A stretch of DNA of 64,000 nt from Chitinophaga sp. CB10 (GTDB lineage: Bacteria > Bacteroidota > Bacteroidia > Chitinophagales > Chitinophagaceae), in the NCBI RefSeq assembly GCF_001870995.1, contig NZ_MLAV02000016.1, positions 296-64,295 of the forward strand, in the 5' to 3' direction. Below the pieces are notes generated by a model. It made no database searches. It had not been told where the DNA came from and worked only from the letters and a program-made list of their open reading frames with translations. Below are positions 1 to 8,891 of this stretch, one piece after another (the stretch's first letter is position 1; every line of letters starts with the position of its first letter). The translations under genes and the position numbers were made by a program.

Positions 1-826
1 CAGTCATTCCGGCAACTTTAGAGAACAATCTCGAAAAATACGGGTAATCATTATAGCCCAATTCGTTTGCAATTTCTTTTACGGATTTTTCGGTATAGTA
101 CAGCAGGCGCTTGGCTTCTAAGACAACCCGCTGTTGAATGTGATACGAAACGGCAAAACCAGTTACTGTTTTTACACATTCATTAAGGTAGGCTACTGAG
201 ATGTTTAATTTTTGAGCATAATCGGAAGGGCGTTTCCAAACTTTGAATTGTACTTCCAACAGTTTTAGAAAGTCATAGTGTATGCGTTCAAATCTGGAAA
301 GCTGTTCTTGTGACTGCAACGTTTTTAGGTAAAAAGAAAGATATAGGCCGATGAGGGCATTGCAAGCATTCTTTAATGAATGGAAATAGAATTTATCCTC
401 CTTTTTATCATGAAGATTAGCACACAATAAGAAAGCCTGCCTTAAAATATTCATTTCATCAGCTCTTAGGTGCAGGGGATGTGGCATAATAATTCCCTGG
501 ACATGTTTATAGAGGTTCTTATCAATTAGTTCTTGGTCGATTCCCAATAAGAACATTTCTATTTCATCGACATTCAGTATTCTATGCACCTGATTGGGAG
601 ACTGATACAAAACGGACGGATGTTTTATTTGGTATTGTTTAAAATCCAGTTCCACAAGAGATATTCCTTTTAAATGCAATCCCAAAACATGGCTGTTATG
701 CCGATGTGCTTGACCCAATTCAACATTTTCATTAAATGGTTCCGAGATTATTTTGGTTACAAATATTCCGGAATTCTCCTCCATATTAAAAGAATGTGTG
801 GGAATGTTACTTATGGGAGCTTCCAT
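1..826 (-). CDS. AraC family transcriptional regulator (3' end cut by window edge)
   Basis: Absent from the ORF track because it runs off the window. My minus-strand translation from ATG 826-824 gives MEAPISNIPTHSFNMEE... and ends ...KSVKEIANELGYNDYPYFSRLFSKVAGMT, the classic AraC C-terminal HTH signature. Confidence 0.8.
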   Translation of the reverse strand, partial: MEAPISNIPTHSFNMEENSGIFVTKIISEPFNENVELGQAHRHNSHVLGLHLKGISLVELDFKQYQIKHPSVLYQSPNQVHRILNVDEIEMFLLGIDQELIDKNLYKHVQGIIMPHPLHLRADEMNILRQAFLLCANLHDKKEDKFYFHSLKNACNALIGLYLSFYLKTLQSQEQLSRFERIHYDFLKLLEVQFKVWKRPSDYAQKLNISVAYLNECVKTVTGFAVSYHIQQRVVLEAKRLLYYTEKSVKEIANELGYNDYPYFSRLFSKVAGMT

Positions 827-1078
827 TTTATTGACAGGAGTTATTTGTTGTTATTATAACTTGAATATGGGGAATGGCTGTGGTTAGGTAGCGAAAAGCA
901 TTGTCCATTTCGGACAATTCTCCTGTTCGTTTATATACAATATGATGTGAAATATGAACCCTATCAACGCTGTACCCAATGTATTGGTTACTGTATTTTA
1001 AGAATGATGTTTGCATATTTTATCTGACTTGCAAATTTGAATCTTAAAAATACCATTCGGTATGTTTTTTGAGAAAAA

Positions 1079-1669
1079 TTATTTCAAACTATCTAAATAG
1101 ATTTTAAGTTGTTTTAAATAAGAGACATACACTTTTTTGCTGTTCTCTAATTTTCCCAAATTCCGAATGCCCCAATAGCCCGACATAACAAAGATGGTTA
1201 CCTGTTTCGCATTTACGTCCTTACGGATCGTGCCGCTTTTCTTGCCTCTTTCGATGGTAGCGGTTATTGCTTTTGTCCATTCCTGAGTTAATTCATTCAA
1301 AGCCTTATTAAATTCCGAATTCCACGGGGTCATTTCTTGCGTAAAATTGGATGCGGGACAACCGTATTCCACTTTCAGAAAATCATTTTTCATTAAAAGA
1401 TTGTCCATTAGGTTATAAATTGCATCTAATGGATTCTCTTCAGTTTGAAGCGGCTCAATAAAACTATTTGTAAGTGTCGGCTTTAGGATTTCGTTGATGA
1501 TGGCAAGTCCCATTTCGTCTTTGGTTTTGAAATGGTAGTAAAAAGCCCCTTTGGTAACTTTTGTCGTGGCGATAATGTCGTCAATGCTTGTCGTCTGATA
1601 ACCTTTAACATAAATCAGTTCAAACGCTTTTTGTAGAATTGTCAGCCGTGTTGCTTCCGCTTTTTTCAT
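1079..1669 (-). CDS. TetR/AcrR family transcriptional regulator
   Basis: N-terminal TetR HTH ILQKAFELIYVKGYQTTSIDDIIATTKVTKGAFYYHF. Length is 196 aa. Confidence 0.85.
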   Translation of the reverse strand: MKKAEATRLTILQKAFELIYVKGYQTTSIDDIIATTKVTKGAFYYHFKTKDEMGLAIINEILKPTLTNSFIEPLQTEENPLDAIYNLMDNLLMKNDFLKVEYGCPASNFTQEMTPWNSEFNKALNELTQEWTKAITATIERGKKSGTIRKDVNAKQVTIFVMSGYWGIRNLGKLENSKKVYVSYLKQLKIYLDSLK

Positions 1670-2115
1670 AAAAAGATACTGTTTAGTATTTTTGCAAATG
1701 AACGAAAAATTGTTGGACTGTTAGCGGTAATTCTGCGAATTGTCGTCCTGTCGTTCACAAAGTCCGTAAGACACCTATACTAACATGATTACACACATAT
1801 CACAGATATTGATAAGAAGAAGACCCCAAGTTCTATGGATTTTTATAATTCTAAGGAAAACACTATATGAGATTACTCTAATCTAAACTTACCTACCTTA
1901 ATATAAGTTAAAAAACAAGTCGCTTTTGTCCGAAATATGTCCGAAAATAGAAAAAGCCACTGATTATCAGTGACTTTTGTCGCCCTGCCTGTACAATTTT
2001 CGAACTTATTTTTAATGGATTTAAGACGGCTTGCAAACATAGCTATTTGATAGCCAATTGTTTGTAGGCCGTTTTGTATTATGCATACTTAATTGTGAAC
2101 CTGAAAAACGAGTGT

Positions 2116-3054
2116 ATGAAAAAATTAATATGTGCAGAGGCAAAGCAGATTGATCTGGTAGAATATCTGGCCTCATTGGGTCACCACCCCCAAAAGGTGA
2201 GGAACCAGGACTACTGGTACTTATCCCCGCTCCGGGAGGAAAAAACGCCTTCCTTTAAGGTTAACCGGCGGCTGAACGTGTGGTACGATCACGGAATGGG
2301 GAAAGGCGGCGATCTGGTAGACTTCGGAACCCTTTATTTTAATTGTACTGTTGCCGACCTGCTGCAACGTTTATCGCAGCAACCTGCCCCGGCTCTTTCT
2401 TTTCACCCGCACCCTGTCCCCGGCAACCCACCCAAGGCCCCGGCTTCTTTTGCTGGTGAAAAAAAAGATACCCCCGACAGCAAAATTGTTGTTTTGGACA
2501 CCCGCCCCCTTGCGGAACAACCCCTACTGGACTACCTGCAAAAAAGAAGTATCCCGCTGGAAATTGCCAACCGTTTTTGCCGGGAAGTGGATTTTCTTTT
2601 ATACGGGAAGAAGCATACCGTTATAGGTTTCCCGAACAATGCCGGGGGGTACGAGCTGCGTAGCGAAAACTTTAAAGGTAGCAGCGTCCCGAAAGACGTA
2701 ACATTTATAGACAATCGAACAGAACAGATCGCCGTCTTTGAAGGCTTCTTTAGCTTCCTGTCTTTTCAAACCATCAACAGAAATCAACAGGCCCCATTGA
2801 CAAATTGTCTTATCCTCAATTCGCTGTCTTTCTTTGAAAAATGCCGCCCGCTGATGGAGCAATACAGGCATGTTCATTTGATTTTGGACAGGGATAATGC
2901 CGGTATGAATCGTACCCGGCAGGCGCTTGAATGGGACGGGAACAAGTATATAGACCGTAGCGATTTTTACCACGGTCACAAGGATTTAAACGACTGGCTT
3001 ATTCACCATCACTACAGCCAAAGAGAGAGCCAGAGGATAGGAAGGCGGCTTTGA
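2116..3054 (+). CDS. Toprim domain protein (mobile-element primase-like)
   Basis: The ORF track starts at TTG 2074; the first ATG (MKKLICAEAKQIDLVEYL...) is at 2116. The N-terminus is primase-like (WYLSPLREEKTPSFKVN..WYDHGMGKGGDLVDF). The C-terminal Toprim acidic motif is HLILDRDNAG. This gene type is typical upstream of mob genes in Bacteroidota mobilizable elements. Confidence 0.75.
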   Translation: MKKLICAEAKQIDLVEYLASLGHHPQKVRNQDYWYLSPLREEKTPSFKVNRRLNVWYDHGMGKGGDLVDFGTLYFNCTVADLLQRLSQQPAPALSFHPHPVPGNPPKAPASFAGEKKDTPDSKIVVLDTRPLAEQPLLDYLQKRSIPLEIANRFCREVDFLLYGKKHTVIGFPNNAGGYELRSENFKGSSVPKDVTFIDNRTEQIAVFEGFFSFLSFQTINRNQQAPLTNCLILNSLSFFEKCRPLMEQYRHVHLILDRDNAGMNRTRQALEWDGNKYIDRSDFYHGHKDLNDWLIHHHYSQRESQRIGRRL

Positions 3055-3137
3055 CGTTCGGGTAGCCAGCTATGTTTTGGTAAAACCAAAACGGCTGGCT
3101 CACCTCATGCTACCGCATTCGGTGAGGAATTTTTTTC
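3055..3137. other. Candidate oriT (inverted repeats directly upstream of the mob genes)
   Basis: Imperfect hairpin 3064-3100: agccagc..gttttgg / ccaaaac..gctggct. A second stem pairs ctcacc 3099-3104 with ggtgag 3121-3126. The position matches known oriT placement upstream of the relaxosome genes. Confidence 0.3.
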
Positions 3138-3173
3138 ATGCTATCGCATTCAAAAAATAAAGAGGAGGTTGAT

Positions 3174-3554
3174 ATGGAGCAACAGAATGCACAAATTAAG
3201 AAAAAGGGGGGCCGCCCCAAAAAAGACGTAAAGAAAGATCAATTGCTGGCCTTAAAATGCAGCCTTTACGAAAGGCGAGTTATTGAAGCAAGGGCCAAAA
3301 GCGCTAACCTTTCCGTGTCGGAATACCTATGCGAGATAGGGCAGACCGGAAAAATTGACAGGCGGGGAAAAGCATTGCCTAAAGAAGTTTTAGAGCTAAC
3401 CGGCACGCTCAACCATGTAGCCGCAAACCTTAACCAGATCGCCAGAAAGAGAAACAGCCATGAAGAACTAAGCCCGCTTGAACGGGCTAATCTGAAAGTA
3501 CAATCCGGAGATTTAAAAGCACTAGCATCACAAATTAAAAGCTATTTCCAATGA
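3174..3554 (+). CDS. Relaxosome accessory protein (MobC/MobA-like, ribbon-helix-helix type)
   Basis: Motifs KKKGGRPKK...LKCSLYERRVIEARAKSANLSVSEYL...LNQIARKRN. ATG 3174 is preceded by AGGAGG. The ORF track gives the longer ATG 3138 start. The stop overlaps the relaxase start (ATGA). Confidence 0.7.
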   Translation: MEQQNAQIKKKGGRPKKDVKKDQLLALKCSLYERRVIEARAKSANLSVSEYLCEIGQTGKIDRRGKALPKEVLELTGTLNHVAANLNQIARKRNSHEELSPLERANLKVQSGDLKALASQIKSYFQ

Positions 3555-4597
3555 TCGGCTATATAGGTACAGGAAGTTCTTTTTTTGAGTGTATCCGTTA
3601 TTGCCTGCAAGACAAAAAGGAACTATCCGAAGAACAAAAGCTGCAACTTTCCCTTAAAGACAACCTGCAGCACAAGAATCGGGCAGAAATATTGGACTAC
3701 AATAAATGTTTCGGGAATTTAAAAGAACTGTCCAGCCAGCTTATTGACGTTGCCAAATTAAGCAAGCGGGTAGAAAAGCCGGTATTTCATTTTTCCTTAC
3801 GGCTGGCCCCCGGTGAAACGCTTACAAAAAATCAGTTTATAGAAATTGGCCGGGAATGCGCTAAAGAATTTGGTGTAGCGGATAACCAATATATCTGCAT
3901 CCTGCATAAAGATACCCAAGAGCAGCATATCCACATTGTTGCAAACCGGGTAGGCTTTAACGGTAAAGTGGCCAGCGACAGCAATAGTTATAAAAGAATG
4001 GCTGCCCTTTGCCGGAGGTTGGAAAAACAGTATAAGCTGCAAGAGGTATTAAGTCCCCGTGCCTTTTTATCTGCCAAAGAACGGTTATTGCCCCGGCAGG
4101 ATATGCGGAAGGAACGGCTGAAAACAGATATTCGGGAAACTTTGGGGCAGGTACACAATTATCACGCGTTTGAACAGAAAATGCAGGCGTTGGGGTATAA
4201 GGTCATAAAAGGCCGGGGCATTTCTTTTATTGATGATAAGAAGGTGAAAATAAAAGGCAGCGAAGTTGGATTTTCACTGGCAAAGATAGAGCAGATCCTC
4301 GGCGTAAAACAAAAGCTGGAAGTGGCAAAAGCCAAACAAGAAATTTATGAAACGGCCGTCCGGCAGAAAAGGATAACGCAGCATTCCTTTACTCCTGCTC
4401 AAAAATTACTCCGGCAGACAAGGAAAACGGCGCTGATGGAACGTTCCCCATTTGTTCCGGTAATCCGGGAATTAGGAAACCTCTTACAGCAGCTTTTAAA
4501 ACCAGAATATACTTCTAACTACCTGCCTTATGAATTAACAGAGGAAGGCATCAAGCGCCGGAAGAAAAAGGAACAGGCCCAACGTCTTAGTCATTAA
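3551..4597 (+). CDS. Relaxase/mobilization nuclease
   Basis: Histidine triad motif LHKDTQEQHIHIVANRV (HxDx4HxH). The gene is translationally coupled to the upstream accessory gene. Confidence 0.8.
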   Translation: MIGYIGTGSSFFECIRYCLQDKKELSEEQKLQLSLKDNLQHKNRAEILDYNKCFGNLKELSSQLIDVAKLSKRVEKPVFHFSLRLAPGETLTKNQFIEIGRECAKEFGVADNQYICILHKDTQEQHIHIVANRVGFNGKVASDSNSYKRMAALCRRLEKQYKLQEVLSPRAFLSAKERLLPRQDMRKERLKTDIRETLGQVHNYHAFEQKMQALGYKVIKGRGISFIDDKKVKIKGSEVGFSLAKIEQILGVKQKLEVAKAKQEIYETAVRQKRITQHSFTPAQKLLRQTRKTALMERSPFVPVIRELGNLLQQLLKPEYTSNYLPYELTEEGIKRRKKKEQAQRLSH

Positions 4598-4616
4598 TCC
4601 TAAAAATTAACTTATT

Positions 4617-5174
4617 ATGGATACAGTCCAAAAAAATGAAAATATAGAAAAGGCCAGTTTAGAACTGGTGCTGGAAGAATTTACAGGGGAACAGAAGTTA
4701 CACACCCAATCTGTTAATGACCTGGTTGAAGCTGTCAACAGCCTTTCCAGTAAGTTCACCCAATTTGAGGAAAAACTGGAAAAACCAAAGGAAGTAACGG
4801 TTTCAACAGATACCAAGCCTATACAGGAAATTGTAAAGAAAGGCATTATAGACATGAAATTGACGGTAGCTGCACAGCCTAAAAATGTGATACGCAAATT
4901 TCAGGTTTTGCTATTTCCTGAACAGGATGCTAAACTGTTTTACAAGGTCGTATTTAGCCGCTGGTTCCTCATGTTAGTAATAATGTTATTTCTTACAAAC
5001 CTGTATAAATTCAGCATTCATTGGAGCGATAGCCAGCAGGAAGTAAAGCTGCAAAAATTGGAAAATGACAGGATAAAAAAGGCATGGCACTACCTCTATC
5101 AACAACAAGGGAAAGGGGTAAAACGCCTAATGGACAGTGCTTATATCAAAGTCGGTAACCTTGAGCCGCAATAA
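4617..5174 (+). CDS. Hypothetical membrane-anchored protein in the MobC position of the mobilization block
   Basis: 185 aa with a coiled-coil-like N-terminus and one hydrophobic segment (WFLMLVIMLFLTNLY). It follows the relaxase by 20 nt. I recognise no motif. Confidence 0.5.
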   Translation: MDTVQKNENIEKASLELVLEEFTGEQKLHTQSVNDLVEAVNSLSSKFTQFEEKLEKPKEVTVSTDTKPIQEIVKKGIIDMKLTVAAQPKNVIRKFQVLLFPEQDAKLFYKVVFSRWFLMLVIMLFLTNLYKFSIHWSDSQQEVKLQKLENDRIKKAWHYLYQQQGKGVKRLMDSAYIKVGNLEPQ

Positions 5175-5178
5175 GCCG

Positions 5179-5203
5179 AAAGCCACCTGAAAACGGTGGC
5201 TTT
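5179..5203. terminator. Bidirectional hairpin between convergent genes
   Basis: aaagccacc (5179-5187) pairs with ggtggcttt (5195-5203) around a 7-nt loop. The stem includes A and T runs on both sides. Confidence 0.6.
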
Positions 5204-5235
5204 CCTGTATTTCCAGTATTTTTTGAAATCTGTTA

Positions 5236-5655
5236 TTACTTTTTCTTTTCACCAACCTGTTTTTTCAGGTCCTCAATTTCGGCATCCTTTTCTTTCAACA
5301 GCCGCTCGTATAGCTCTACAACCTTATCGACCGGATTAAAAGTCGGCTGATAGTTATATTGATAATTTGCGGAATGATTCAAAGTTGAGCCGTCATAATT
5401 ATTTTGAATATTGACAATAGCCGTCTCTTCATCGAAATTCTTTATAGCCTCTACTGGAACCTTCAAGACTTTGGCTACCCGATCTAAGATTGCTGGTTCA
5501 ATGGTTTCCTTTGCTTCCAATAATGAAATTTTACTTTGTGTCCAATCTTCCCCCAATTCAGCAGCTAAGGCTTCCTGCTTAATTCCCAGCATTTCCCGGA
5601 AACGCTTAACATTCCTGCCTTCATGTATCTTTTTGGGCATATCCGTATTTATCAT
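5236..5655 (-). CDS. XRE family helix-turn-helix transcriptional regulator
   Basis: HTH region VKRFREMLGIKQEALAAELGEDWTQSKISLLE. The C-terminus is coiled-coil-like. Confidence 0.8.
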   Translation of the reverse strand: MINTDMPKKIHEGRNVKRFREMLGIKQEALAAELGEDWTQSKISLLEAKETIEPAILDRVAKVLKVPVEAIKNFDEETAIVNIQNNYDGSTLNHSANYQYNYQPTFNPVDKVVELYERLLKEKDAEIEDLKKQVGEKKK

Positions 5656-5659
5656 GGTG

Positions 5660-5667
5660 CAAAAGTA
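5660..5667 (-). promoter_or_regulatory. Bacteroidota -7 promoter box (TACTTTTG) for the XRE gene
   Basis: Plus strand caaaagta is TAnnTTTG on the minus strand. Its G lies 5 nt upstream of the ATG at 5655. Confidence 0.45.
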
Positions 5668-5804
5668 GTTTTTTTGTCCAACCGTAATATACAGAATTTG
5701 AATAAAATATTACTAAAATATCCGGAGCATTCAATATGATATATCCGTATCAAATTGAATATTAGGCTGTTACATAGTTGCTTTGAGTAATCAAACTTTA
5801 CCAC

Positions 5805-7079
5805 ATGGCAACTGTAAAACATATCAGATCACAGGGGGGCGCACTGCTGCGCAATGCGTCCGCCCCCCTTACCATCCATTTAGAGGATGAACCCTATATA
5901 TTGAGCGAAGATGCTCTGAAACGGCAGACAGATGAACGCGTGCAACGAAAAAAGGAATGGTTTTACCCAAAGCTAAAGTTTATTTCTATGGAAGATACCA
6001 ACTTAAAGTTAAGGCTTACTTTCAGGGAAATATCTTACATAATGACAGTAGGGATTGAGCCAGACAAGCTGCATGTTTCCTGTAGCTGCGGCAGCCAGGT
6101 TGAAACGCTTTGCCTGCATACCTACAGAGCCCTTGGGCAATTAATCGGCTACCGCAGTACAGATTACTTTAAACAATATCGTCCCAATGGTTTAATGGAA
6201 ATAGCGGCCAGACACAGGAAATACTTTGACAGAAAGGCAACAGACCGAGGCATTGAGGTAAAACCTAAAGCCAGTTTAGGCAGCGTCTATCATTTGGCCG
6301 ATAAAATGGAAGGCTTGCAATTCGCGGATATTCTGGAATTGCCACCGTCCGCGCCTGAAAGGAAGAAGGCAAAAGACACAGCGTTAACTTACATTATAAT
6401 AGATGCCTTCCGGAACAAGTACCTTACATTCCTGCTCCCCTGTTTGGGAATGCTGAATAAGGCAGAAACAGAGGTTAAAGGCTTTCACCACTTCATTAGC
6501 GGTACAGAACGGGAATACGATCAATTTCTAACGGATGAACAAAAAACCCTGAACCGGCTTTGTTATGAAATGTGGCAACAGGTTGAAACGCAGTCTGGCT
6601 CCCTTATAGAAGGCGAACCGGAGCAGGAATGCGAACCGGCTGGCGTTTTTAGTCTGTGGGAAAAAGCAATGCCCCTTTTACTGCAACAGGAATTTATTTA
6701 CAGGTATGGTTTGTATAATAAGCGGGAACTGAAAGAAAAGCCGCAAAGGGCAAGGATTGAACGTGTACAGTTATCAAAAGACCGGCCCCGCCTGCACTTC
6801 CAACTTTTGGACAAAGGAGCCTTTTATCAGCTATACATGAAGGTGGCCGTAAGGGATAGGAATATCCATAAATGCGATACTGAAACCACCTTTTTCATTT
6901 CAGAAGGCACAAAACTGTACCTGCTGCCGTCATTGAGAGATGCAGGTATTGCAGAATGGATACGTAAATCCGGGGGACATATTACTGTTTTCAAAGAACA
7001 CTTTGGCGATTTTGAGCAGGAATACTTAGATCAGCTTCGGGAATGTTACCCGGTCACTACCGTTAAAGCCTATAAATAG
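5805..7079 (+). CDS. SWIM zinc-finger domain protein, function unknown
   Basis: CxCxnCxH signature in HVSCSCGSQVETLCLHTYRAL. The remainder resembles the N-terminal helicase-associated region of bacterial SWIM-SNF2 proteins, but no helicase motifs are present. Confidence 0.6.
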   Translation: MATVKHIRSQGGALLRNASAPLTIHLEDEPYILSEDALKRQTDERVQRKKEWFYPKLKFISMEDTNLKLRLTFREISYIMTVGIEPDKLHVSCSCGSQVETLCLHTYRALGQLIGYRSTDYFKQYRPNGLMEIAARHRKYFDRKATDRGIEVKPKASLGSVYHLADKMEGLQFADILELPPSAPERKKAKDTALTYIIIDAFRNKYLTFLLPCLGMLNKAETEVKGFHHFISGTEREYDQFLTDEQKTLNRLCYEMWQQVETQSGSLIEGEPEQECEPAGVFSLWEKAMPLLLQQEFIYRYGLYNKRELKEKPQRARIERVQLSKDRPRLHFQLLDKGAFYQLYMKVAVRDRNIHKCDTETTFFISEGTKLYLLPSLRDAGIAEWIRKSGGHITVFKEHFGDFEQEYLDQLRECYPVTTVKAYK

Positions 7080-7116
7080 GGCACTCCCGGTTTTTGTAAA
7101 CTCAAAACCTCATGTC

Positions 7117-8013
7117 ATGAACATCAGCGGCCACAATCACAGAATAGAATATACCACCAATGTATTTCTTAATGCGGGTGCAGATACCGCAGAGGTAAGG
7201 GACTGGAAAGAGAAGCTAATTTCCATAGCAGAACAGATACCTGTCCAGACAGATACCTTAAAGCCTCTTATACAATTTTTAGTAGCCACCATATCTCCGG
7301 CTAAAATATATATGCTGCGTCATAATGGTACGGCAGCAACAGGCGGCTTTATTGACCTGCTAATTGTTATTTCCGGCAAAAACAATGTTCCGTTTACTGA
7401 AATTGAACCCATACTTGAAATAGCCTACCTGAAAGATCAGCGGGTTTCCTGTTCCTTGCACAGTGAGGGGAACATAATAGAAGGTTTGCGTAACGGGCAT
7501 ATATTCTATTCCCTTAACTGCATACCTGAAAACCTTGTCTATGATGATAAGACAACCGTGTATCCATCAACAACACCCGACGCCATGCGGGAAATGATAC
7601 AGCGCGTCAGGGAGCAGTTTATGTTTAACTTTAAGAAAGCTGTTGCCTTCAACGAAAGTGCTGCATTCCTGCATGAAAACAACCCTTCCCATATTATCGG
7701 CTTCTTGCTGCACCAAGCGGTAGAACTTACTTACCGAGGAATTTTACAAAGCCTGAACGGATACGATAAAAGGACGCATGAAATCCGGTCTTTGAAAAAG
7801 CATGTACGCCGCTGCACTCCGCAATTGAACAATATTTTCACGGATGATACAGACGAGGAAAAGCGCCTGCTGGATATACTGGAAAATGCCTATTTAAAAG
7901 CCCGGTATGATAATCAGTATAACATACCGGACGATGATCTGTCTAAACTTTTTGACAAAGTGATCCGGTTACAGGAAGCCGCTAAGAAAATCGTGGAAGA
8001 AAAGACCTCCTGA
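7117..8013 (+). CDS. Degenerate nucleotidyltransferase-like / HEPN domain fusion protein
   Basis: The C-terminal HEPN-like region is HQAVELTYRGILQSLNGYDKRTHEIRSLKKH...YLKARYD. The N-terminal half has an MNT-like strand, GTAATGGFIDLLIVISG, with only one acidic residue where DxD is expected. Confidence 0.6.
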   Translation: MNISGHNHRIEYTTNVFLNAGADTAEVRDWKEKLISIAEQIPVQTDTLKPLIQFLVATISPAKIYMLRHNGTAATGGFIDLLIVISGKNNVPFTEIEPILEIAYLKDQRVSCSLHSEGNIIEGLRNGHIFYSLNCIPENLVYDDKTTVYPSTTPDAMREMIQRVREQFMFNFKKAVAFNESAAFLHENNPSHIIGFLLHQAVELTYRGILQSLNGYDKRTHEIRSLKKHVRRCTPQLNNIFTDDTDEEKRLLDILENAYLKARYDNQYNIPDDDLSKLFDKVIRLQEAAKKIVEEKTS

Positions 8014-8074
8014 AACAAATAAATCTACTTGGCCTACTTTCCCTGTATGGGCCGACCACCTCACATGTATAACT

Positions 8075-8791
8075 TTATTTTAAACTACTATAACCAGATA
8101 ACTCAATTAATCTTCCAACATCACGAATAACTATCTTTCTCCCATAGGTATCAAGTATACCCGCAATTTTAAACTCTTTTAAAAAACGGATCACATTTTC
8201 CTCGCCGGTCCCAACCATATTGGCCAAATCATTGCGGGAAATATTTATTGCTATTTCATTTCCTGGTTTTGTTTCATCTTTAAATTTCTCACGTAATACA
8301 ATTAATGAAATAGCTACTCTTTCGCGAACAGATTTTTTCGCAAGTATTGAAATAGTATTTGTTAAAACCGTGAATTCATGACTTAAAATTTTGAGCAACC
8401 TTTGAGGAAGAACAGTAGAATTCTCTAATACCTCCAAAAAATCCTCTTTTGGTATTAACTCTATTATGCTGTCCTCTAAAGTAGCGGCGGAATCCGGGTA
8501 TCTTTCATCAGTAATTACGGCATGATATCCAATTAACTCTCCTGAATTAGCTACATAAAAGATCTGCTCTTTCCCATCCCGGTCAACCTGATATTTTTTT
8601 ACTTTACCCTGTTTTACAAAAAAAATACCTTGTGGTACTGTTCCCTCCCTAAATAACATTTCACCCTTTTTATATTTCTGCTCTATCATATGCAAACAAA
8701 GATGTTCATACTCTTCAACAGGGAGATTTTGCAAAATGGATTGTGATTTAAAGTTCCATTTATCTATAGGAAATCGACCAGCTAAACTCAT
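8075..8791 (-). CDS. Crp/Fnr family transcriptional regulator
   Basis: Has a cNMP-binding fold (GEMLFREGTVPQGIFFVKQGKVK...) and a C-terminal HTH (ISRNDLANMVGTGEENVIRFLKEF). Confidence 0.85.
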   Translation of the reverse strand: MSLAGRFPIDKWNFKSQSILQNLPVEEYEHLCLHMIEQKYKKGEMLFREGTVPQGIFFVKQGKVKKYQVDRDGKEQIFYVANSGELIGYHAVITDERYPDSAATLEDSIIELIPKEDFLEVLENSTVLPQRLLKILSHEFTVLTNTISILAKKSVRERVAISLIVLREKFKDETKPGNEIAINISRNDLANMVGTGEENVIRFLKEFKIAGILDTYGRKIVIRDVGRLIELSGYSSLK

Positions 8792-8879
8792 ATTAGATTT
8801 TAAATCAATAAATTAATGAAGCTGACTTTTATCAGTTTTCCAGTTGAAAATTTGCAGTTCGATGAATGATCTACAAAGG

Positions 8880-8887
8880 TACCTTTG
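8880..8887 (+). promoter_or_regulatory. Bacteroidota -7 promoter box (TACCTTTG) for the cargo operon
   Basis: Exact TAnnTTTG match. Its G lies 5 nt upstream of ATG 8892. Confidence 0.45.
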
Positions 8888-8891
8888 CAAC

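Noticed and set aside
828-1016. A 62-aa minus-strand ORF between the TetR and AraC genes
   Set aside because: It has no recognisable motif. It ends 1 nt before the AraC start, in what is more likely the AraC promoter region. A small protein cannot be excluded.
1981-2030. The sequence gtcgccctgcctgtacaattttcgaac as a partial tRNA-Pro 3' fragment marking the left att site
   Set aside because: It shares only ttcgaac and a few flanking bases with the tRNA. The pieces are not in tRNA register and cannot form acceptor or T arms.
2074-2115. N-terminal extensions from non-ATG starts in the ORF track (2074, 8844, 9293, 17536, 21030, 23008, 53864, 53691, 62591)
   Set aside because: Each extension lacks homology-like sequence and overlaps an upstream gene or promoter box. 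Each is also followed by an ATG that gives a typical family N-terminus, so I used the internal ATG.
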